Source: an uncultured bacterium (lineage in GTDB: Bacteria; Arandabacterota; Arandabacteria; Arandabacterales; JALGWA01). From it: a stretch of DNA of 64,000 nucleotides. The position numbers and the translations under genes were made by a program. The stretch covers positions 194 through 64,193 of the forward strand of contig CAZSBE010000002.1 of assembly GCA_964604955.1 (NCBI GenBank). The letters are read 5' to 3'. A model generated the notes under the pieces. The model was not told where the DNA came from. It searched no databases and saw only the letters and a program-made list of their open reading frames with translations. How positions within the stretch are numbered: the first letter of the stretch is position 1; each line of letters begins with the position of its first letter. Positions 46,280 to 56,064 of this stretch are shown in pieces.

Positions 46280-47395
46280 TTATAATTCCGTCGCGGTGCC
46301 TACTTCAACCGGAACTTCCTCCGGCCGGGGCATGGCGGAGCCGAGTCTCAGGAACTCGGCGGCGATGAGGGGATCGAAATCCCTGCCAATACCCTCCTTT
46401 ATGAACAGCAGGGTCTGCTCGGTGGAGAACGCAGACCTGTAGGGCCGCTCGGATGTGAGGGCGTCATAGAAGTCGACCACCGCTACAATCCTGGCCAGAA
46501 ACGGTATCTCCTCGTCGCGCAGGCCGTCGGGATAGCCCGTTCCCCCGAACCTTTCATGGTGGCTTCTTACGACCGGCTTGGCCCCCTGCAGGAAATCGAC
46601 GCGGTCTATGATGCGCTCGCCGATGATGGGATGCCGCTTGATGATCTTGTACTCCTCCGGCGTGAGCCTCCCGCGCTTGTTCAGAATCTGCCCCCGGACG
46701 CCGATCTTGCCGATGTCGTGAAGCATGGCTCCGTACTGGAGGTCCCTCATCCCGGCCCGCGAAACCCCGAACCTCTCGGCCAGAACGATGGCGTACTGGG
46801 TCACGCGCTTGGAGTGACCCCGCGTATAGGGGTCCTTCGCCTCGACGGCGGCCGCCAGCGCCTCGACGGTTGAGAAATAATTCTTCTCGATGCGATTGAC
46901 CAGCTGGGAGTTCTCGACGATGGTCGCGGCCACGTCTGCGACAAGCGATACGATGGGGATCAGGCTGTCGGAGACATGTGAGCGGTCCCGCATGAAGATG
47001 CTGAGCATGCCGACGCTGCGCTTGCGGTAGGTGAGCGGCGCGCCCACCATGGACTTGAAGCCCTCGCGCCGTACGTACCCGGGCAGGGATGGAGATTCGG
47101 GCGTGATCTCGTCGATTACGGTCGGGCCGCCTTCGGCAAATACCCTCCCGGCGAAACCCCTTTCGTCCAGGATGCGGCTGGCGTAGACGATCTCCCGCTT
47201 GAAGCCCTCCGGGACGCGAAGCAAGAGCAATTCCTCTGCGAATCCGCTGATCTTCAGCGATAGCCCGTCTATTCGCACAAGCGGGTCGAGCGCGAGCGCA
47301 AGCCGCTCGAGAATGCTCTCTATGTCGGCATTTGCCAGAATGCCTTCAGTGGAGAGAAACGGTGCGACCCCGCCGGTCAGGTCGTTGTTTTCCAT
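46280..47395 (-). CDS. GAF domain / HD-GYP phosphodiesterase
   Basis: N-terminal GAF-like domain. HD motif LHDIGKIGV and HHERFGGTGYP. Confidence 0.8.
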   Translation of the reverse strand: MENNDLTGGVAPFLSTEGILANADIESILERLALALDPLVRIDGLSLKISGFAEELLLLRVPEGFKREIVYASRILDERGFAGRVFAEGGPTVIDEITPESPSLPGYVRREGFKSMVGAPLTYRKRSVGMLSIFMRDRSHVSDSLIPIVSLVADVAATIVENSQLVNRIEKNYFSTVEALAAAVEAKDPYTRGHSKRVTQYAIVLAERFGVSRAGMRDLQYGAMLHDIGKIGVRGQILNKRGRLTPEEYKIIKRHPIIGERIIDRVDFLQGAKPVVRSHHERFGGTGYPDGLRDEEIPFLARIVAVVDFYDALTSERPYRSAFSTEQTLLFIKEGIGRDFDPLIAAEFLRLGSAMPRPEEVPVEVGTATEL

Positions 47396-47403
47396 TTTAC
47401 GAC

Positions 47404-47775
47404 CTACCTGTTGAGTATCCCCTCGACCCTTTCTATCAGCCTGCCGGGACTGAACGGCTTGACGACGTAGTCGTCCGCTCCGGCCTCTTTGCCGAGCTTC
47501 CTGTCCACGTCTCTGCCCTTGGCGGTGAGCAGGATCACGGGGATGTTCTTGGTCTGCGGATCGCTCTTCAGCTTCTTACATGTCTGATACCCGTCCATCT
47601 TGGGCATCATTATGTCGAGGACGATCACGTCCGGGCGTTCCTGTCTGGCTTTCTTAATGGCCTCATCGCCGTCCGAGGCAGTCATCACGTCATAGCCTTC
47701 GGCGCAGAAACTGAAGTTCAAGATGTGCTGAATGTACTCTTCGTCGTCCACGACGAGAATCTTTGTCTTGGACAT
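47404..47775 (-). CDS. Single-domain response regulator (CheY-like receiver)
   Basis: DD...D57 context (VIVLDIMMPKMDG) and K (VKPF). 123 aa. Confidence 0.85.
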   Translation of the reverse strand: MSKTKILVVDDEEYIQHILNFSFCAEGYDVMTASDGDEAIKKARQERPDVIVLDIMMPKMDGYQTCKKLKSDPQTKNIPVILLTAKGRDVDRKLGKEAGADDYVVKPFSPGRLIERVEGILNR

Positions 47776-47793
47776 CCTGTCACCTCCCGGTGT

Positions 47794-50361
47794 CTATAGT
47801 GCCGCCACGCTGAGTTCGTTCTGTTTCATGAGTTCATCTTTGCCGATTATCTCGATGAAGTGCTCCACGACGTCCGGGTCGAACTGGGTGCCGCTGCAAC
47901 CCATGAGCTCCTCAATCGCCTCTTCGCGTTTCATCGCCTCCCTGTATGGCCGCTTCGTAACCATCGATTCATATGCGTCGACGACGGCCAGTACCCGGGC
48001 CGCAAGCGGTATCTGGTCGCCGGCCATGCCGCCCGGATAGCCCTTCCCGTCGAAGCGCTCATGGTGATGGAGTATGACTTCCTTGACCTTCTCGAGGAAC
48101 TCGATGGGTGCCAGGATGTCGACGCCGTTCTCGGGGTGGCGCTTGATGTTCTCGAATTCACACGGTCTCAGTTCACCGCGCTTCCGGAGGACCTCGTCTC
48201 CGACCCTTACCATACCGACGTCGTATATGCGGGAAACGTACCTGAGGAGCCTCAAGTCCTCTTCCGGGAGCCCCAGGGACCGGCCGAGTTTCACGACCAG
48301 CCTCGCGGTTTCCTCTCCCCTCTTTGTGAAAGCGAAACGCCGCGATTCGATGAGGCACTGGAGCGAATTCACTATGGAACCGAACTCGCCGCGCACCGCC
48401 CTGTAGTCTCTGAGTTTCTCCAGTATGTAGGCTGCCCGGTCTGCGAGTATTTCAAGGATCTCGGCGTCATTTTCGCCGAAGGGCGTAAGGCTTATCTTGT
48501 TGGTGACGTTGAGTACGCCGATAACGCGCCCGTCCCTCTTCAAGGGCACACTCACCAGCGAGCGCGATTCATAATTGGACCTGTTGGGGCGTCCGAAGCT
48601 GGAGTCGGCTTCGATGTCGCGTATCAGGAGCGGCTTTCCGGTCTGGGCCACCCAGCCCGATATGCTTTCGCCGACCTTCACCCTGGTATTCTTCATGGTC
48701 GCCTCGTCAAGGCCCATCGCGGCGCCGACGTAGAGCTCGTCTCTCTCCTCGCTCACTAGCATGAGTGAAGCCGTCTTGGCTCCCATGACCTCCGCGATCA
48801 TGTCGACGATCAGTTCCGGCACCTCCCTGTCCGCTTCGCTTCCCGCGGGTTCGCCGACAATCTCATTGCTCGTCGGAGCCACGGCCTTCCTCTTGGGCAG
48901 GTTCACGGTGAAACGCGTGCCGCTGCCTTCCTCGCTCTCCACCCAGATCTTGCCGTCATGCCATTCGACGATGTTGTTCACTATGGCGAGGCCCAGCCCC
49001 ACGCCGCCGTAGCGGCGCGTCGCCGAGGAGTCGACCTGGTAGAACCCGTCGAAAATCCTGTCGATCTCCGACTGCGGGATGCCGATGCCGCTGTCTTCGA
49101 CAACTATCTCCACGGCGGAGTCCCCGTCGCTTACGGCTGCGGCGACGCGGCCGCCCTCGGGCGTGAACTTGACGGCATTGGTCACCAGGTTGAGTAGCAG
49201 CTGCTGCAGCATGCCCTCGTCGGCGTAGATGGTGACAGGCCCTTCGCCGAGCTTCAGTTCCAGGTGAATGGCTTTCTTCTCTATGGTCGGCGACAGGATC
49301 TGGCCGACGTGGCGGGCCACCTGGTTGAGGTCGACGGTGCACTTGGCCAATCGCACCTTACCGGACTCCAGATGCGAGAGCTCGAGCATGTTGTCCACTA
49401 TGCTCGTCAACCTCTTCGCCTCCTGCTCGATGATATGCAGGAATTCCAGCTCGGTTTCGCGCGGCGTGTCGCCAAGGTCGTTGGACAGCGTCTCGGCGTA
49501 GGCCCTGATCGAGGTCAGCGGCGTCCTCAGCTCGTGTGATACGGTCGCAACGAAGTTGGACTTTATCTCGTTGAGCTCCTTGAGCCGCTTGGTCGCATCA
49601 CGCAGCTCGACAATATGTTCTTCCAGTTTGCCGTAGAGCCTGGCGTTCTCTATCGCGGTGACGGCCTGGTTGGCGAAGATCTCCAGCGTTTCGATGGTCT
49701 CGGCGCCCGGTACCCTGCGGTCCAGAGGGTCGTCGACCGAGAGGTAGCCTATGAGGCGCTGGTCGCGCGTCCAGAGGGGCACGAAAAGGCTGTCCATGGG
49801 ATGCCACTCGCCGTTGGACCGCTCCCCCAGGTCGGGCACGTAGACTTCGTCTTCCATGTTCCGCCAGAACTCGTGTTCGTGGCCTATGAAGTATGACCCC
49901 GAAACCTCGAATTCGGGCGTCATCCAGGTCTTGAAGGTCTCGAGCGGCACCTCATTGGAGCTCAGTTTCTCGATGGCGTCGGCGGCGAGGCCTGCAAAGG
50001 CCCTGGCCTCGAAGCAGCCGGTGTCCTCGTTGAGGATCCTGAGCAGGACCATCCCGAAGCCCAGGCTCTCCCGGACGGCCCCGACTATCTGGTTGAGAAG
50101 CGGCTGGAGTTCGAGGTTGGCGTTTATCCTGTTGGATATCTCGAGTATCCGGGCGAGGTTGCTGGCGCGGGCGCGCGCGATATGGTCCATCTCCGCCGCC
50201 TTCTGCTTCACCCGCGCGGCCGACCGGTTGGCGCTGAGCTGGCGCCGGATTGCGACAAAAGCGATCTCCGCCAGTATGAGCGCACCTGCTGCGATTGCCA
50301 CGGCGACCGCTGCGGACAGGCCGTGGCCCGAGTGCAACGCGGCAACAAAGTCAGGGATCAT
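47794..50361 (-). CDS. Hybrid sensor: TM / GAF / histidine kinase (HisKA+HATPase) / GAF / HD-GYP-like domain with degenerate HD (YD)
   Basis: H-box VSHELRTPLTSI. HATPase motifs NLVTNAVKF, DSGIGI and GGVGLGLAIV. The C-terminal HD-GYP has HHERFDGKGYP but carries IYDVGM in place of LHDIGK. Confidence 0.8.
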   Translation of the reverse strand: MIPDFVAALHSGHGLSAAVAVAIAAGALILAEIAFVAIRRQLSANRSAARVKQKAAEMDHIARARASNLARILEISNRINANLELQPLLNQIVGAVRESLGFGMVLLRILNEDTGCFEARAFAGLAADAIEKLSSNEVPLETFKTWMTPEFEVSGSYFIGHEHEFWRNMEDEVYVPDLGERSNGEWHPMDSLFVPLWTRDQRLIGYLSVDDPLDRRVPGAETIETLEIFANQAVTAIENARLYGKLEEHIVELRDATKRLKELNEIKSNFVATVSHELRTPLTSIRAYAETLSNDLGDTPRETELEFLHIIEQEAKRLTSIVDNMLELSHLESGKVRLAKCTVDLNQVARHVGQILSPTIEKKAIHLELKLGEGPVTIYADEGMLQQLLLNLVTNAVKFTPEGGRVAAAVSDGDSAVEIVVEDSGIGIPQSEIDRIFDGFYQVDSSATRRYGGVGLGLAIVNNIVEWHDGKIWVESEEGSGTRFTVNLPKRKAVAPTSNEIVGEPAGSEADREVPELIVDMIAEVMGAKTASLMLVSEERDELYVGAAMGLDEATMKNTRVKVGESISGWVAQTGKPLLIRDIEADSSFGRPNRSNYESRSLVSVPLKRDGRVIGVLNVTNKISLTPFGENDAEILEILADRAAYILEKLRDYRAVRGEFGSIVNSLQCLIESRRFAFTKRGEETARLVVKLGRSLGLPEEDLRLLRYVSRIYDVGMVRVGDEVLRKRGELRPCEFENIKRHPENGVDILAPIEFLEKVKEVILHHHERFDGKGYPGGMAGDQIPLAARVLAVVDAYESMVTKRPYREAMKREEAIEELMGCSGTQFDPDVVEHFIEIIGKDELMKQNELSVAAL

Positions 50362-50401
50362 ATTCGCGGTCGTCCCCCCCGTTATCGGCCTGACTCAGGC
50401 G

Positions 50402-52777
50402 TCAGTGGGCGGCCCTGCTGGGCTCGAGCCCGGGCTTGTTCTCCCCGGCGCCGCCCCTTGCCTCGAGCACCCACCTGACCGACTCCATAACGCTGACCAG
50501 CTGGTTCCTTGCGCTCTCGTAGCCGGTGGCCCGGTCAAAGGCGACACCTATCCTGTCAGCGAGAGCCACCAGGAGCGCGAGCTCCTCCCGGTCGAAGACC
50601 CGCGCGCGCTGTTTCCCGCCCTCCACGCCGATTACGCCGATTACGCGCTCCCCGGCGCGAATGGGCGCGAAGGCGCATGGGTACTCTCCAATCGGCGAAT
50701 CCGCGCCTACTTCTAATTCGGCTGCTTCGGCTTCACAGTTGAGGAGAATGGGCCGGCCCCTGTCGAAGACCTCTCTTGCCGGTCCGGCCAGAGTTCCGGC
50801 CTCCCCGGCGGTCCCGCCGGAGGGATCGCCTGAGCCGCCCTCCAGGGCCAGTTCACCGGTGGCGGTGTCTTCGAGGTATATATGGCAGCCGGCCGCTTCC
50901 ATGGTCTTCGAGACCATGTCGGCGACGAGATCCAGCATCTTCCTGATGTCCGGCCGCGAGCTCATGGTATCGAACATGAGGTCGGACGGAACGACCGGCC
51001 TCTGGCTCTTGCCGAAGAGCACGTTCAGGGTCCAGGAGGCCGGGTCATGGGTTTCGGCCCAGATCCTGCCGCCGTGCCTGAGGACTATGTTCCGGGATAC
51101 CTGCAGCGACAGCCCGAGCGAACCCGAATCCGGCGGCGCCTTTTCGTCTCCCCAGACGGCGTTCAGTATGCCCGCGGCATCGATAGACGGGGGCGAGGGC
51201 TGGAAGGACATGCGGATTTTCAGGAAAGACTCTTCCTCGCCGAGACTTATCCTCACGGAAGTGGATTTTTTGGCGAAGCTCACACTGATCTCGACGAGGT
51301 TTCTCAGGAGTAGGTACATCATATCCTTATCTGCATACGCGCTCGGATCGCCTTCGCCGCCCTCGACCACCACGTCTATCTCTCTGTCAACACAGATGGG
51401 TTCATGAATTGCACAGACATCCCTGATGAGCTCGCGAACGCCGACGTTCTCCTGGCGGAGGTCCCCCTCTCCGAACTCCATCCGCGAGAGGTCGACGACG
51501 CTGTTCACCGTGCTTAAGAGTTTTGCGGACTCCTCCACGACCGCGCCCAGGAACTTCCTCTTGAGCGGGAATCCCTGGTCGTCTATACGCTGCAGCAGCG
51601 TCTGCGAATAGCTCTTTATGGCGTCGAGAGGCATCCTCATCTGGCTCGTCACCGTCGATATGAACTCCGACTTGAGCTGGTCGCTGCCGACCAGTTCCCT
51701 GTGGGCGCGCTCGAGTTCGGAGAGTTTCCTCTGGAGCTCCTCGGCCAGCCGCGCCTCCATGATGGAAACGGCCGCGTGGTTGGCGAGTATGGCCAGCAGC
51801 ATGACATCGTGCTCCCCGAACTCCCGCTTCCTGGTGTCTCCGACGTAGAGAACGCCGAAGGGCTCCCCCCTGGCCATGAGCGGGACGGCGAGTATGGACT
51901 TGAGCTTGCCGTAGGTTACGGCCGATGACTGGCTCGACCTGGCGTCTGCCGATGTATCGTTGATTACGAGATGTTCGCCGTTGGTGAGCACCCAGTCCGT
52001 CATGCCGCCCTTACGCACCCTCCACTTGAGCTTACGCTTGAACTCGCTTGCGATGCCCACGGTCACGCTGGACAGAAGGTCCTTCTCGAGAAAGAGCGCG
52101 ACGCTGGCGGTCTCGACGCCGAGAAGCGCCCTGGCATCGCGGGCGAGAATATCCATGATGCCGCCCTGCTCGGTCTCCTGGGAGGTGGCGAGGCTGGTCC
52201 GGTAGAGCTGCACGATGTTGTCCTCGAGCGGGGCGCCTTCAGGGCCGGCCCCGTAGGCGCCGGCCGGAAAGAACTCGGTAGCCCGGGACCCGGCGCGCCG
52301 CGACGTAAGGGACCTGGCGACGGCCGTGAATCCGACGGCGCAAAGCGGTATGGAGAAAAGGAAGTTGTTCGAGTAGCTGCCCAGGTAGGACGCCAGGCCG
52401 CTTCCCATGACAAGCAGCGAGGCGACGACGAGATAGCCGAGTGTGCCGGCCCTTCCGGTGTGTATCAGAAACCCCAGCTGGACCATCACCACGAACCCGA
52501 GCCAAAGTGCCGTATTGAATGAGAAGATCGACAGCAGCGCGAAGGTCGCGGCCAGGTCCAGGCCCAGGAGGTTATGGCAGGTGTCTTTCTTAATGCCGCC
52601 GTCGAGATAGACGCGCCGGGGCACTACAGCCAGCGTGACCACGGCCAGCGCGGTGCTCACGGCGAGATACGTGCCCCTCTCGGCACCGAAGAACGCCGCT
52701 GACGCGGCTATAAAGAGAAGAACGTACGTTCTCGCTTCCAGGAAGAGCCGGGAGCGGGTCATGCGAGATTGTGTCAC
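50402..52777 (-). CDS. Multi-TM GAF-domain sensor with histidine-kinase-like core lacking the phosphoacceptor His (pseudokinase-like)
   Basis: N-terminal TM helices and two GAF-like regions. The dimerisation box reads ISTVTSQMRMPLDAIKSY (Q in place of the conserved H). The HATPase region has the N box but poor D/G boxes. Confidence 0.6.
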   Translation of the reverse strand: MTQSRMTRSRLFLEARTYVLLFIAASAAFFGAERGTYLAVSTALAVVTLAVVPRRVYLDGGIKKDTCHNLLGLDLAATFALLSIFSFNTALWLGFVVMVQLGFLIHTGRAGTLGYLVVASLLVMGSGLASYLGSYSNNFLFSIPLCAVGFTAVARSLTSRRAGSRATEFFPAGAYGAGPEGAPLEDNIVQLYRTSLATSQETEQGGIMDILARDARALLGVETASVALFLEKDLLSSVTVGIASEFKRKLKWRVRKGGMTDWVLTNGEHLVINDTSADARSSQSSAVTYGKLKSILAVPLMARGEPFGVLYVGDTRKREFGEHDVMLLAILANHAAVSIMEARLAEELQRKLSELERAHRELVGSDQLKSEFISTVTSQMRMPLDAIKSYSQTLLQRIDDQGFPLKRKFLGAVVEESAKLLSTVNSVVDLSRMEFGEGDLRQENVGVRELIRDVCAIHEPICVDREIDVVVEGGEGDPSAYADKDMMYLLLRNLVEISVSFAKKSTSVRISLGEEESFLKIRMSFQPSPPSIDAAGILNAVWGDEKAPPDSGSLGLSLQVSRNIVLRHGGRIWAETHDPASWTLNVLFGKSQRPVVPSDLMFDTMSSRPDIRKMLDLVADMVSKTMEAAGCHIYLEDTATGELALEGGSGDPSGGTAGEAGTLAGPAREVFDRGRPILLNCEAEAAELEVGADSPIGEYPCAFAPIRAGERVIGVIGVEGGKQRARVFDREELALLVALADRIGVAFDRATGYESARNQLVSVMESVRWVLEARGGAGENKPGLEPSRAAH

Positions 52778-53757
52778 TCGTCCTCAATCCTTCCGACCGG
52801 GGCCGGATTCCCCTCCTTCCTCCTCTCCTTCACCACCACACTGCCATCGAGCGTCTTGCCGTAGCGTTTGAGCTCCGAGGCTATGTCGCTCAGCCGGGCC
52901 AGGTGGGCGATAGAACCGTTCTCGCTGGAGACGATCGCTATCGTCATGGTGAGCAATGGGAATCTGTCCACCGTCCCCTTGCGGTTTATGACTTCCACGA
53001 AACCTTTCTCGATGTCCTTCTGGTCGAAAAGGCGCGTGATGGTCTTGTCGAAGGTCCTGGTTATCTCCCGGGCGACGAGGTCGCTCTTGTCGGGCGAGGT
53101 GATTACGACGAAGTCGTCGCCGCCGATATGCCCGATGAAGTCGTCGGGGTTGCCGCAGGTCTTGGCGGCGTCGATGAGTATCTCGGCCGTGATCTTGATG
53201 GCATCGTCGCCCCGGCTGTAGCCGTAATAGTCATTGAACGCTTTGAAGTTGTCTATGTCGGCGTACATGAAAGAGAAATCGCCGTTGGACTGGAAACGCC
53301 GTTCGATTTCGCGCTCGATGGAGACATTGCCGGGAAGCCCGGTGAGCGGGTTGGCCTGCCGCTGCAGCTGGCTCCACTGGAGCACGTTCTTGACGCGCAC
53401 CAGAAGCTCCGTTATTGCAAAAGGCTTGGTGATATAGTCATTGGCGCCGTCCTCGAAGCCCTGCAGCCTGTTCTCGAGCTCCGCCTTGGCCGTGACCATG
53501 ATGATGGGTATGTGGCTCGTCTGGTAATTGGACTTGAGGCGCTTGCACAACTCGTAGCCGTCCATGTTGGGCATCATCACGTCGAGCAGGATCAGGTCGG
53601 GCTCGCGTTCGGCCACCCTGCGCAGCGCAATCTCGCCGTCGGCGCAGGTGCATACGTCGTACCCGGCTTTCTCGAGCTGGAAAGTCACTATCTTGCGGAT
53701 GGGTTCCTCATCGTCAACGACGAGTAACCAGGGCTTCCGCGAAGGCCCGTCTTCCAT
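52774..53757 (-). CDS. Response regulator with GGDEF-family domain (signature GGDDF)
   Basis: Receiver with DD...D (LILLDVMMPNMDG). C-terminal GGDEF fold carrying NPLTGLPGN and HIGGDDFVV. Confidence 0.8.
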   Translation of the reverse strand: MEDGPSRKPWLLVVDDEEPIRKIVTFQLEKAGYDVCTCADGEIALRRVAEREPDLILLDVMMPNMDGYELCKRLKSNYQTSHIPIIMVTAKAELENRLQGFEDGANDYITKPFAITELLVRVKNVLQWSQLQRQANPLTGLPGNVSIEREIERRFQSNGDFSFMYADIDNFKAFNDYYGYSRGDDAIKITAEILIDAAKTCGNPDDFIGHIGGDDFVVITSPDKSDLVAREITRTFDKTITRLFDQKDIEKGFVEVINRKGTVDRFPLLTMTIAIVSSENGSIAHLARLSDIASELKRYGKTLDGSVVVKERRKEGNPAPVGRIEDE

Positions 53758-53910
53758 AGTCCCCTACTCCTGATATCTACGGTCTTACCCTGTCTCGCCC
53801 TACGATTCGCAATAAGCGTGCCATCCACGCCGGAACCGTGGTAACAGGGGGTGGTGCGATTAACCCTTTAGAATCAAAGGATTAGGCCCCGAGGCGGCGC
53901 CTCTCAGAAA

Positions 53911-53924
53911 GCGGAGCCGGGGCC
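53911..53924 (-). terminator. Possible short hairpin terminator downstream of tsaD
   Basis: AGCCG-GGGC-CGGCT palindrome with a U-rich tract (CUUUCUG) following on the minus strand. Weak. Confidence 0.2.
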
Positions 53925-53965
53925 GGCTGGCGCAGGGTGCATTGCAGATCGCAACGACGGTTGCA

Positions 53966-54976
53966 TCATGCAAGATGCGCGCGCTCATAGCGCCTTGTCG
54001 AATAGGGGGTTGCCGAGAGGCCGGTAGTCTCGCCCGCCATGAGTTTCAGGTAGCCCGCCTCCGCGATTATGGCGCCGTTGTCTGTGCAGAACTCGGCCGG
54101 GGGCAGCAGCACCCGGAGGCCCACCGCCCCGCCTTCCTTCTCCAGCCTGGCGCGAAGGCGGGAGTTGGAGGCCACGCCTCCAACGGCCGCTATGGTGTCG
54201 ACCCCCGCCGCCCGGGCCGCCGCGATGGTCTTTATGACGAGAACGTCAACGGCCGCCTCCTGGAAGCTGGCGGCTATGTCGGACGCGGACTCCGCGGTCA
54301 TCTCGCCCTTCGTGTCATCGATGAAGTACCTCACCGCCGTCTTGAGGCCGCTGAAAGAGAAGTCGTAGGCCTTATCGAGGATGGGCCGCGGGAAGTCGAT
54401 GGCGTCGGGACGGCCGCGCGCCGCCACCCTGTCGACTTCAGGCCCCCCGGGATAAGGCAGGCCGAGCATCTTGGCCACCTTGTCGAAGGCCTCGCCCGCG
54501 GCGTCATCGCGGGTCGCTCCGATGAGCGACATCCGGAGACCCTCTTCAACAAGGAACAGATGCGTGTGCCCGCCGGAGGCGACGAGGCTGACGAAGGGCT
54601 TTTCGATTTCGCCGAATGAGAGGTACACGGCCGCCACATGGGCCTCGATATGGTCGACCCCGGCCAGGGTCTTGCCCGTCGCGAAACACAGGCTCTTGGC
54701 GAAGGAAACGCCAACGATGAGCGCGCCGATGAGACCCGGGCCGAGCGTAACGGCGACGGCGTCGATTGAATCCAGGTCCGCGCCGGCCTCCCTGAGGGCC
54801 TCATTCATTATGGGAACGATCGCCTTGATGTGCGCGCGGGATGCGATCTCGGGAACGACCCCGCCGAACTCGCCGTGAATCGCCTGTGAGAGGACGATGT
54901 TGGACAGGAGCCTGCCGTCTTCCAGCACGGAAGCGGCGGTCTCGTCGCAGGAAGTCTCTATTCCGAGGATTCTCAT
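53966..54976 (-). CDS. tsaD: tRNA N6-adenosine threonylcarbamoyltransferase TsaD
   Basis: RILGIETSCDETA start and HxEAH metal motif (HIEAHVAAV). Full-length Kae1/TsaD similarity. Confidence 0.9.
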   Translation of the reverse strand: MRILGIETSCDETAASVLEDGRLLSNIVLSQAIHGEFGGVVPEIASRAHIKAIVPIMNEALREAGADLDSIDAVAVTLGPGLIGALIVGVSFAKSLCFATGKTLAGVDHIEAHVAAVYLSFGEIEKPFVSLVASGGHTHLFLVEEGLRMSLIGATRDDAAGEAFDKVAKMLGLPYPGGPEVDRVAARGRPDAIDFPRPILDKAYDFSFSGLKTAVRYFIDDTKGEMTAESASDIAASFQEAAVDVLVIKTIAAARAAGVDTIAAVGGVASNSRLRARLEKEGGAVGLRVLLPPAEFCTDNGAIIAEAGYLKLMAGETTGLSATPYSTRRYERAHLA

Positions 54977-54994
54977 CGCGGACACGTCATAGAG

Positions 54995-56050
54995 CTACCG
55001 TATCACCAGGCCGATATCGATCGGCGTCACGGAAACGAAGCGGAAGCGGTATGGAGCCTCCAGGCGGACCCTCACGACGAACGGTTGAATCTCCTCCTGG
55101 TTCCTCGCCACGACTCTCCCTTCGAAGTGCAGGACGTTGCCATCGACAGCAGGCGTGAGTACGATCTGCCCCCTGGGAAGGTCCCCAAGGTCCACGAGGA
55201 GCCGGACGTCCTCCGGGTTGAGCGAGTCCACCTGGGAGGCGGCGCCGGATATCACTATGTCCATGGCCTCCGGGGTGAACTTGACCCTCAGCGACTTGTC
55301 GGCCACCGGCGCAATGGGAACCGAGGGAATGCCGAGTTCTTTTCTGTCCTCGATTCGGGCGCTGATCCGCACCTTCTCGGGATCGCTCTGGACGAAGGCC
55401 CAGGGCGAGAGGTCCACACTCGTCTCGGCGTACTCGTGCCTGGCGAGCTGGTTTATGTCCACCGGCTGGGTGGTGATCCCCTTGAGGCCGCCGACGATCT
55501 TCTCGGCCCCGGCCACGACGACCTTGGCGGGGTCCGACCGCGGAGTCCCTATGAGGACCTTGTCGTGATCGAGTTCGCCTCTCATCACCGGTTCCACCCG
55601 GATCTCGCGGGTGGTCAGCCTGTCGAGCTCCACGCGGATGGCCTTGGGCTCGATGACCTCGAGCACTTCCACGTCGTCCTTGTCCGGAGGGATTATGGCC
55701 TCGCCCGGACTCACGACATGCGTCACTATGCCTTCGCCGGCCGCCGACAGGTCGATTCCGAAATAGACGTCATCGAGCTGCCACTTGAGAAACCTGCCCC
55801 TTCCCCGCACCCTGGCCTTCGCCTCGCCCGGAACGCCCTCTACGAAGGTCATGTCGGTGGGCATGTTCGTATAGCGCACCGGGAGACTGACGACCACCTC
55901 GATCTCTCTTCTCCCGGCGATATTGAACCAGAGAAAAAGCGAGAACGCCAGGGCCGCGATCTTCATCCCGGCGCTGCGCCTCATCACATCCGGCAATCTC
56001 ATTTCGCCTCCTACCGCCCGCAGCATAACGGAATAAACGGCCCGAGACAA
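54995..56050 (-). CDS. YbbR-like repeat domain protein (CdaR-like), membrane anchored
   Basis: N-terminal TM segment IAALAFSLFLWFNIA, followed by three repeated beta-rich YbbR-like modules. The start codon is uncertain (candidates at 56050, 55984 and 55966). Confidence 0.5.
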   Translation of the reverse strand: MSRAVYSVMLRAVGGEMRLPDVMRRSAGMKIAALAFSLFLWFNIAGRREIEVVVSLPVRYTNMPTDMTFVEGVPGEAKARVRGRGRFLKWQLDDVYFGIDLSAAGEGIVTHVVSPGEAIIPPDKDDVEVLEVIEPKAIRVELDRLTTREIRVEPVMRGELDHDKVLIGTPRSDPAKVVVAGAEKIVGGLKGITTQPVDINQLARHEYAETSVDLSPWAFVQSDPEKVRISARIEDRKELGIPSVPIAPVADKSLRVKFTPEAMDIVISGAASQVDSLNPEDVRLLVDLGDLPRGQIVLTPAVDGNVLHFEGRVVARNQEEIQPFVVRVRLEAPYRFRFVSVTPIDIGLVIR

Positions 56051-56064
56051 CAGGTAATTCCGAG

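Noticed and set aside
54995-56050. Diadenylate cyclase partner (cdaA) expected next to the YbbR-like gene.
   Set aside because: No DAC-domain gene is adjacent. The neighbours are tsaD and holB. The YbbR-like call therefore rests on repeat-domain pattern alone and stays low-confidence.
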